Below, one piece after another: positions 1 to 8,888 of a stretch of 64,000 nt of DNA. A program made the translations under genes and the position numbers. Origin of the DNA: Amoeboaphelidium occidentale (taxonomy: Eukaryota); contig JALGPX010000043.1 in NCBI GenBank assembly GCA_023515795.1, positions 1 through 64,000 of the forward strand. Direction: 5' to 3'. The stretch's first letter is position 1; every line of letters starts with the position of its first letter. The notes under the pieces are model-generated. The model saw only the letters and a program-made list of their open reading frames with translations. It had not been told where the DNA came from and did not search any database.

Positions 1-483
1 GAAAGGTTTCAACAAAATGTCGCCGTAATTACATATTTGCTGTTGGCTCAAGTGACGTGCAAGGAAGTGACAACATGCATACTGCATTTGGGACTTATCT
101 CGTGAAAAAAGCTGCAAAGTCTTGGTTATGTTGTTGTTACAGTAGACGAAGACTTCACCTCTCAGAAATGTCCTCGATGTTATTCTCAAAGTGAAGCTGT
201 GTGCATGAGAGTCAAATATTGCCGCATTTGTCACCAATACTTTCACAGAGATGTTATGGCTGGAGAAAATATGATCAATATTGTAAGAGGTTTGGCGGTG
301 GATGGCATTAGGCCAGAGTATATGTGCAGAAAACCTCCTGATAATCCCGAAATTGGTGACAGTAATGATTCTGGTGATGAGACTATCCATGCACAGACTG
401 AAACAGATCAGAGTAATCGTGCCTCCTCATACAGAATATTAACAAGATCACAGAAGCGGCTTGACAAGTCCGCACAAAAGTAA
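1..483 (+). pseudogene. Fanzor (eukaryotic TnpB-like RuvC nuclease), C-terminal part, frameshifted; 5' portion lies outside the window
   Basis: Frame 3 reads IFAVGSSDVQGSDNMHTAFGTYLVKK. After a one-base shift in the A6 run at 105-110, frame 1 reads KLQSLGYVVVTVDEDFTSQKCPRC...YCRICHQYFHRDVMAGENMINI, giving the RuvC-II Glu, a CxxC..CxxC zinc finger and the RuvC-III Asp. Confidence 0.85.
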
Positions 484-524
484 CCAAGGTAAATTTGTAC
501 GAAAGTGATTTTTAATACTTTTAG

Positions 525-547
525 AATCATGGCATTCAAGGGGTTAA
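525..547 (+). mobile_element. Putative right terminus of the Fanzor element, piggyBac-like (GGCATTCAAGGGG|TTAA)
   Basis: Reverse complement reads TTAA-CCCCTTGAATGCC, resembling a piggyBac TIR start plus TTAA target site, about 60 nt after the Fanzor stop. The other end is not in the window. Confidence 0.4.
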
Positions 548-655
548 TGTGGCGCGCCTCAATTTGCTATGCATGGCAACCGCGTGCGTCTTGTGATCAT
601 TTAAGATTTCATAAATTCATACATTTATTCATTTGATTTCGATTCATTCATTACT

Positions 656-925
656 TCAGAGAACAATTATATCACAGACTGTTCGTTTCGATCCAGAGTA
701 ACTCAGCAATTTGTACATGATATTGTCATTCTCACTTGAATCTTCTCGTTGTGGATGATATCCATTAAAAGCATTTCCAAAGAGGACACTAGGGTCTCCA
801 AACTCTTTGTGAGAGATAGGACTCATTGCACGTTTGTTATCATGAAGTTGTTTCACTTCCATCATGTTGTAAAACCATACAGAGCCTAAAGCGGCACCAA
901 CAGTGTAAGCAGCAATACTAGACAT
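656..925 (-). CDS. Hypothetical small protein with N-terminal hydrophobic segment
   Basis: 89-aa ATG-initiated ORF; no recognised motif. Confidence 0.4.
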   Translation of the reverse strand: MSSIAAYTVGAALGSVWFYNMMEVKQLHDNKRAMSPISHKEFGDPSVLFGNAFNGYHPQREDSSENDNIMYKLLSYSGSKRTVCDIIVL

Positions 926-1059
926 TTTCTTAATTTGAACGGAAAGTTATAGAACCTCTTCTGAATTTATACCCGTTGATGTTTGCCATGCGTCTAGCAA
1001 TCAACTGATAGACTCTGCAATGACGCAAGACGCTATACATTCACTTTTAACAAACTTCA

Positions 1060-2211
1060 CTAAGCGTTGTATTCAAATCGATGCATCACATTACTGCACT
1101 CTGCCTCAATAATTGAAACTTCGTTTGGGCCTAAAATCTTTCTCCAAGAATTTAGGGTTTCAGCAAGGTTAAATGTCTTATTGGCGAACCGTCTGTGCTG
1201 GTCCTTTGATATCAACTTTCGGAGCCTCTTGTTCAAGTATGGTGGCATTTTAACGCCAATGAAATCATATATCGCATTTGAAACTGTTTCAGGAGTTCTT
1301 GCGAAATCTTCGTAACGCAAATCCAGCACGACATTGTGTGAAATAGAATTCAAAGAATTTTGTCGTGTCCATATTTCATTGCACAGAGTTCTTACATATG
1401 ATCTGAATGATACCTCATCTGTTCGTTTCAGCCAGTTCTTTCTAATCCTGCTGGCTATGATACCTTTTGGATCTCTGGATAATGATATGATCTTATATTT
1501 GAAGCACTTCTCGCTGTTAATTATTGTAGCATCGTTCTGTAGTTTGCTTAAAATACCAATGTCATGCAACCGAATGAATTTGGCTACTCTAATCTTCTTG
1601 CTGCGACACTGCTCATTCATGAGGTCAAGTTCTGTTGAATTAAACGTAATCTTTTTAGGATGCGAGAATGTTTTTCGGAACCACCAATTCTTCGTTGCCC
1701 CGTAACCCCAAAATACTTTTCTCGCGATGGCTTCAGTCATATCACAGTTGATCATTCCGTGTTTGAGCAATTCAAAAGATTCTTTTTGGGTTCTTGCAGA
1801 GTGTAGAGGTTCAAACAGATACCAGATATCATCGTTCTGATTTAAAGTTTCCGCCATAATAGTGGAACCTGATTTACCGTCCGCAAGTAAGAAAACCAGC
1901 TGGATTTGTTCGCTCTCTGAGTCGCACCTCCCAAACTGCTGTTTCACCTCCACATTTTCTAAAGAGCTGATTTCCGTGGTTGTAGATTCTTTTAAACCGT
2001 GAGGGCCATCAGAAACTAAGCGATTGTACTGCGTGACTTTAACAAAAATTGTTCCGTATTCATCAGGCTGCAAGTGAACGTATAGCGCAATACTTAGGAC
2101 CAAAGCAGATGCCAAGCAAAGTAGGAATAGCAGAAACATAAGCAAGTTAACAGAGGTCGTTTGCTTGCCAGTGGACCCTTTGATGTACAATTTATCGGTC
2201 TCAACGCTCAT
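1060..2211 (-). CDS. Type II membrane carbohydrate sulfotransferase (CHST/GlcNAc-6-O-sulfotransferase-like)
   Basis: N-terminal TM; 5'-PSB-like GKSGST followed by LNQNDDIWYLFEPL; 3'-PB RDPKGIIASR; LRYEDF. Single ORF. Confidence 0.8.
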   Translation of the reverse strand: MSVETDKLYIKGSTGKQTTSVNLLMFLLFLLCLASALVLSIALYVHLQPDEYGTIFVKVTQYNRLVSDGPHGLKESTTTEISSLENVEVKQQFGRCDSESEQIQLVFLLADGKSGSTIMAETLNQNDDIWYLFEPLHSARTQKESFELLKHGMINCDMTEAIARKVFWGYGATKNWWFRKTFSHPKKITFNSTELDLMNEQCRSKKIRVAKFIRLHDIGILSKLQNDATIINSEKCFKYKIISLSRDPKGIIASRIRKNWLKRTDEVSFRSYVRTLCNEIWTRQNSLNSISHNVVLDLRYEDFARTPETVSNAIYDFIGVKMPPYLNKRLRKLISKDQHRRFANKTFNLAETLNSWRKILGPNEVSIIEAECSNVMHRFEYNA

Positions 2212-2377
2212 GACTGTTGAAACATCCAGAAAAGCACGAAACAGGATGAGACAGCACGCGCGCTTCCTTAAAGCTTCAAAACAACTTGACCAGGATGGAA
2301 ACTAACCACTTAAACATTTAGCAGCTTTAATGGCGTTTTACACACTTTTATTCAACATCATTTGTTTCAACTCCATC

Positions 2378-3505
2378 TTACAAGGAAGCATTACCAACAA
2401 TGAAGAACCATTTGTCAACTAAAAGTAAAAACGAAAATCAATGAAATAGTTACCAGAAGGGTCAATAGCGTGAGGGGCAGCCTTCTTCTCTGCTGGCACA
2501 GCCTTGACTGTAGCATCATTCTCTGCAACCTTGTATGGACTTCCTTCTGCTGCGACATTGACACTGAAACATTAGCATAAACTTCATTGCAACACTTACG
2601 TCTTGATGGCGTACTTGTCAGTCTTGTTTGGAACCTTTCCAGTAATCAAACTTTTCCAAGATTCATTGGTTTCCTTAATAACGTTCATTGCGTAAGCCTT
2701 GTTCTTTGCTTCACCGCCAAATGCAAATACNNNNNNNNNNNNNNNNNNNNTTGTTTGGAACCTTTCCAGTAATCAAACTCTTCCAAGATTCATTGGTTTC
2801 CTTAATAACGTTCATTGCGTAAGCCTTGTTCTTTGCTTCACCGCCAAATGCAAATACGTTCTCTGGCTTTCCATCTGGAATCTTGTAAATGCGGAACCAC
2901 TCATTTGTAGCTCTCAACAAACCAGGCATGTTCTTCTCAACATCCTCAATATCGTTTAACTTTGCAGCCAAAGGATCAGTAACATCAATAACGATGACCT
3001 TCCAGTCAGTTTCGCCTTCATCGAGCAATGCCATGACACCCAAAACTTTGACTTGCTTAACTTGGCCAATGTATGCGACCTTCTCGCCAATCTCGATAAC
3101 ATCAAGAGGATCATTATCACCAACTGCATTTGTGTCTGGGTGCTTCACAGTTGGGTCTTCCCAAGTCTGAGGGAAGGCTCCGTAGTTCCAAATGTAGCCG
3201 TGATGTGGGAAACAGTTTCTAACAAACCTTAACTTTCCCTTCTTAACATCCTGCTTAATCGGGTTGAAGTCCACATCCTTGCAAATCTCAAGCTTCGCAT
3301 TAGTCCAGCGAGGGATTTCGACAATCATGTTGAGCACAGTCTTCTCCTTGTTGGCATACAAGGGAATGTCGTGGAAAGGAGAGACAACTTTGCCATCCTT
3401 TTCTGCAGATTAAGTTATTAGGCTGCATAAGGAATTAAAGGTACCGATATAAGACAAATGTTCCAATGAGTAGAGAGGTCCGACTTGGCGTGTTTTATAA
3501 GTCAT
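2378..3505 (-). CDS. IPP1: Soluble inorganic pyrophosphatase (multi-exon; crosses an N-gap with duplicated flanks)
   Basis: [46 protein letters not shown]; last exon VDKWFFIV. Confidence 0.95.
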
Positions 3506-3580
3506 GTTTTGAACTCGTGTGGCAAAAATGTGTCTTCGGGCGAGTTTCAAGATGCTCAAAAGCATTCACAGAAAACGATT

Positions 3581-5651
3581 CTATTCACTTGGTGGAGCAG
3601 AAGTCAATGCCTCAGCCAATTTAATAATTTCCAATTGGAATGCTAAAGAATGTTAATTTTGTTTCAATGGTAAGCGTACCTTCGATAACTTCGCGTTTGA
3701 AATCCCCAAGTTCTTTCCTAATCTCATACATCAATTCATTCTTAATTCTCAAAACCAATTTATCCTCTCTTTCCTGTAATTTATCGGATCTTGAGCCACG
3801 TCTGCTATTGCTTAAGCTGTCTTTGCTTCCTCCTCTTGACCTGACACTACCCTGGCTAGCCAGAGAGTTTTGACTCTTTGATTTCTTAATCTTATCACCA
3901 ACAGAAAGATTGGTTGTGGACTGTTTCAAGGATGCCTTTGACTCTGATCTCACGGCCTCCTTTGAAGGCGGTGGAATTGCCGACAAAGAGCTTCCCTTGC
4001 TCAAAGATGAAGCTGTTTTGTTCGAGATTAACTGAGGCTTAACAGAAGCAATAACTTCATCCCTGGTTTCAGCTAACTGCTGCTCAACAGGGTCTTTTGC
4101 GGCCTTTCTTACGGCTTGCTTCACAGTGGCAATATCGTCATTTGATTGTTGAGTTTTGAATTTTCCTGCTGGTGCAGCAGGAGCTAATAGAATTAATTAA
4201 AAACCAATGGTAATCTTACCTGAAGATTCAGCTCCGTTGTCCAGCTTGGTTTGAGCAAGGTTCTTGTTTGGGATTGCACCTGGAGCAGGAGGAGCAGGTG
4301 CTTCGTTAGGTTTCTTAAATAGCTTATCAGATGATTTTTTGAGATTGCTTTCTTCAGGAGCATCATTCTTATCAGCTTGAATATTCGAAGAAGACCCTGA
4401 AACACTCTTGGAGTTGTCAAGCTTGCCACCTTTGCCTGCCATTGGGGTTGAAACCGTTTTAACGGTTGGAGGGCCCTTCTTGACAGTAGGAGCTGGTGCA
4501 TCATCCCATTCATCGTCATCCTTTTGTTTCTTCTTGTTAACAGGCTTATCTTCTTCCTTTGGTTGCTCCTTTGGTGGCGGTGGAGCTGCAGAACGGAAAC
4601 CACGACTTGCTTTTGGTTTCTCCTCTTCCTTTGGTGCCTCAGGCTGTTTGAACCTATTGAAAATGCTATCAGTATCAATAGCAGCTGAAGCGGCTTTATC
4701 TTCATCTTTAGAATTATCAGGCTTTGATGAATTAGATGGCATTGGAGGTTCATCCGCAGACAGCTTTGAGTCGCTCATCTTCACTACTTTAGCTGCATTC
4801 TCAGTTGGAGCTTTGACTTCTTCCTGCTTTTGACCTCCCAATTTAGCTTTCAGCTGAGATCTGAAGTCTGTTTGAGCCGGTGCTGGTTCGTTCTTTTCCT
4901 GAACTGGCGCAGCTGGAGCGTTGTTTTGGTTTTCGCGCTTTTTGTTTAATTTGGACTGCATTTCGCCAAATAAACCACCAAGAGGGGCGGCAGAAGCTGG
5001 AGCAGCGGTAGCAGCAGGAGCCTTTTTCTCGGTTGCACTATCATCCGGTAGTTTTGATGGACTTTTCTTGAGCTTAATAGCGCCTATAGAAGCGGCCAAA
5101 CTTGATTGTGCGCCATCAGAATTGCCACTGTCAGCGCCTCCATTCGAGACAGATCTACTGTGACCGCCTGATGTAGACTCTAATTGCTGTTGCGTTGGTT
5201 GAGGCGGAGGCGGCGGTGGCGCAGGTTGAGAAGGAGGTTTCGTAGCAGCAGCCATCAAATCCACAATGGCATTTGACATTGCGTTACCAAGAGCATTTGC
5301 ATCATCGGCTGATAGAAAGTTGAAGCCGTAAACGTTTCCAGAATCAATTAGCTGATGAAACGTTTCGGTTGGTGTCGTGTATTGACTTCCATTGTATGAT
5401 AGAATGATGTTAATACAGTATGAATTATCGTTCAGGTTCAAGCCAATTAAGCTATATTGTTAACGCGGACTCTTTACGATATACCTGTAACTAATTGCTT
5501 CTGCGTTATGATACAAGACCAATTGTGTGTGTCCATCACTCATAGGCTTCCATCCAGACGCATCTGTGGTAAATGCTTGACATAATACGTTAGCTATAGG
5601 CTGATCACTACAGAAAGCGTAAGTTGAAACGTGTGTTAAAGCGAACCTCAT
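3581..5651 (-). CDS. Ena/VASP-family actin polymerase (EVH1, polyproline, EVH2 with tetramerisation coil), multi-exon
   Basis: Predicted spliced start MSDQPIANVLCQ; EVH1 VYGFNFLSADDA; PPPPPP; G-actin-binding-like LAASIGAIKLKK; F-actin-binding-like GGLFGEMQSKLNKKRE; C-terminal RIKNELMYEIRKELGDFKREVIEAF. Confidence 0.85.
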
Positions 5652-5886
5652 GTTTGTTCACGAGAATCAAATTACACATCTTAGCAGCTTGTGATTGAAC
5701 AGAATTGTCAACGCACGTTGAGCATATGAAGCATGTCAAACTTCTCTTGAAGAATGACAAGTAACCGTTTAAACGTCTGATGCGCCTGTTTATTAAAGTA
5801 GTAAGGATGTGCACGGCTAAAGACCCATAAATCCCCAAAAAACGATGTTTCAACGCTGTGAAACTCTTGAACGCAATACCCTGTGA

Positions 5887-6611
5887 TCATATCCCGCCTT
5901 TGGTAATGCTTAAAACTAGAAATGTAAAGACAAGTAGCATAGAAGCAAATCCCATCGTATCTTTTGCTACAAAGTCTCTGGTGATCTTTGCTCGCTCATA
6001 CTGAATCTGTCGTTCTCGCTTTGTAGGATCATATGTATCATATTTCATCGAATGTATCACAGTATTGTATTCCTCATTGCGCTTTGACTTATTGCGCATA
6101 TTGAACGCTGCGTCTGCTGCACCTCCCATTCTTGACCTTTGATATTCATATTCTGCTGCTTTGTGATCAGTAAAATCTTGCTGAGTTTCCCTATACCACG
6201 AAGAACTATTGGCTGTTGTATTGTGCCTAGAGGGCTGAGAACCATAAGCTGAAGATGTCCCATTATTGATGTCATCCAACCACTTATCATAAGCTCTTCT
6301 TGATTCCACATCTGACAGAATACGATAAGATGCGTTTATCTTTGAGAACATTTCTTTAGCTTCCGGAGTATCGTTCCTGTCAGGGTGCCATTTGAAGGCG
6401 AGCTTTTGAAACTGCAAGATCAACTCCATTCTGATGTCATGCAAAGTAATACCTGTTCTTTGATCCTCTTTGTTGTTATCATTGACCCTGGCGTGAGCTC
6501 TAAATTATGATAATGTTCTTTTGGATTGCTTTCATTGAATTGAAGTCTATGCGTCGAGAATCGAGCTATTGGCGCAGTAACATTTCTGTGCTTCCGTCGA
6601 AAATGGATCAT
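5887..6611 (-). CDS. J-domain (DnaJ) protein, probably mitochondrial, with C-terminal TM
   Basis: Arg-rich N-terminus, LAFKWHPDRN (HPD), one intron, terminal hydrophobic helix. Confidence 0.8.
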
Positions 6612-6678
6612 TCTGGTGTCGATATTCAAAAGAACAAAGATTATATTACAAATAAAAAAGGAAGTCTATGAAAGCGTT

Positions 6679-8839
6679 TCACAATTTCACATTTTTCTTG
6701 GCTGTTCCAATGTGACAGTTATTCACTTTGGTTGCAAATCGTAGAGAGTTCAATGTCTCTGATGCATTCGCGCCGCAAGGATTCACATTGACAAACATCA
6801 GAGTCTTGGAGTTACCGCCTAAAAAGAATTAGTTTCAATTTAAAGATAAGCGAAACCTAATGAGTTCTGAAGAAGATAAGTCAGCTTTGAATCTCTGAAT
6901 GGTATATGACTGCTGCCGTTTCCTATTGCAGCAAACACACTCGCTAAGCTGCTCAAGCTCTTGTTTATGGCTTGAGTTTCTTTTAAACGATCTCCGGTTG
7001 CTTGGCTATTGGATAATCTTTCGGAACCAGCCAAATCAATCAAGTTCAGTAAGCCTTCACATTCTTCGCCAGAATCTGCGTTCTTTCCGGATATCTTCAT
7101 CATAAATATGCTATGACTTCTTGACGATGCTTCATTGCACATAGTCTCAGCTACGGATCTGTTATCTGCCGCTTTCTTCAATAGAGACTGAACATGACCA
7201 GGCGATGTAAAAGTTTCGATAGTCACACCCGGAATATATGTCTTATCAGTGTGTGGATCATGTTTGATTTCCAGCTTCTTTTTGGAAGCTACCTTTGGGT
7301 CGACCAGCAAGTCTCTCAATGTTTCATTATAAATCTCGACAAAACTGCCTTCCATTTCAAACTTCCATCCCTTTTCTTCAAGCCTCTTTGATTCTTCCCA
7401 AACTTTTAAAACACTCAGCGGAATCACTCCTTTGTTTTCTGCATTGCCTTCCATCTAAGAAGATTAGCACAGAACAGCTCTCGTAATCTTACTGTAAATG
7501 TTTTGCCACTTCCAGTTATACCGTATGCGAAGATGCAAACATTGTATCCGTCACAGGCAGATTGGACTAACTGAGAAATCTCTTCAAACACATCTTCCTG
7601 CCTACTTTGTGGCTGGAATACACGATCAAAACTGAACTCCTGCCATTTGACCTTTGATTTTCCTTCAGCAGATTCTCCATACTGAGTAATGCCAATAAGT
7701 TTTTGGTCTTCGTCTGGAAACTTCAAATGATCGTAAGATTCATTGGACTGTTCTTCTTGTGGTAACAATGGCCTAACACGACAGAACACTCTAATGTTTC
7801 CCTTCAACTCTTGAATTGTATTATGAAGCTGTTTTCTTAATTTCTCGTCTTCTCTTATTTTTAATTCGAGTGCTTCAATATCTCTTCTCGCTTTTTCCAA
7901 TTCGGTTTCAAGTGATTCGCGTGTACTCTTCTCATTCTTCAATTCTGTTTCAGTAGAATTGACTTTGCTTTCCAAGGAAGTTATAGAAGCCTTTAAAGAG
8001 AGCTCTGTGGCTGCATGAATAGCAACGGCGCTTTTGAGGGCGTCGAGTTCTATAATAGCGTTCTTCAATTTTCCTTCCAGTACTGCCTTTTCTTCAGCTA
8101 TCAAATTGATTCTCTTCTGCAGAATGTCTTTCTCTTCTGCAGTGACTTTAAGAAGATGTTCCTTTTCTTTCTGTAACTGCTCTTCTTTATCTGACACGAG
8201 TTTCTTCAGCTCTGCGACAATGTCTTGCTCTTCACTATGCGATTCCTTCGTTGACGTAACAACGGACTTCTTCAAGTCTTCTTTAAACTGTTCCAAGTGG
8301 GCAACCTGCTCGTTATTGTGCTGAAGTTGTTCTCTAACTTCATCAAAGTTCTGTTTGGATTGCTTCAGCTCGTCTGCCAACTGTTTCGCCCATTCTTCCA
8401 TATCAGCTAAACGACCTTTCGTATCCCATGCAGGTCTTTTGGCTGCAGCGGGAGCTGGCTTAGCCGAAACTTTCGCTTTGACAGTTGTAACTTTGGAAGC
8501 AACCGTTGTCTTTGCTACAGTCTTGGAAGCTGTAGCAGGAACTTTTGCAGCAGCTCTAACACCAGGCCTAGTAGCTGGCACATTCGTAGCTTTTGTGATA
8601 TTCTCTTTCCTTGAAGTTGTCGCTGCAGCTGTTCTCTTTGGAACTGTCTGCTGAGTTGTTCGTGGTGTTTTCAACGATCCGTTAGCATCAGGACCTTCTG
8701 GATCCTCAACAGGTTTTCTCTTAAGCCCTGTTTCAAATACAGGAAATTCCCTTAATTGATTTGTGATCTATTCGGATAAGATATGTAAATATCAGGTTAA
8801 GAAAAGTACTTTGGTTGGCTGTTTCAACTTGGAGTTCAT
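6679..8839 (-). CDS. Kinesin-14 (Kar3/KlpA/Ncd-like C-terminal motor)
   Basis: Coiled coil, then [43 protein letters not shown]. Confidence 0.95.
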
Positions 8840-8888
8840 TTGTTACTTAAATTTAACACGAGCCAACAAGCTTTCTGTAATTCTCGTT

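Noticed and set aside
2624..2857. ~107-nt direct repeat inside IPP1
   Set aside because: Copies flank a run of Ns and differ by about one base; this is an unmerged contig or haplotype overlap.
4193..5163. Alternative-frame and antisense ORFs over Ena/VASP and other long genes
   Set aside because: Shadow ORFs of low-complexity or biased coding sequence, with no motifs.
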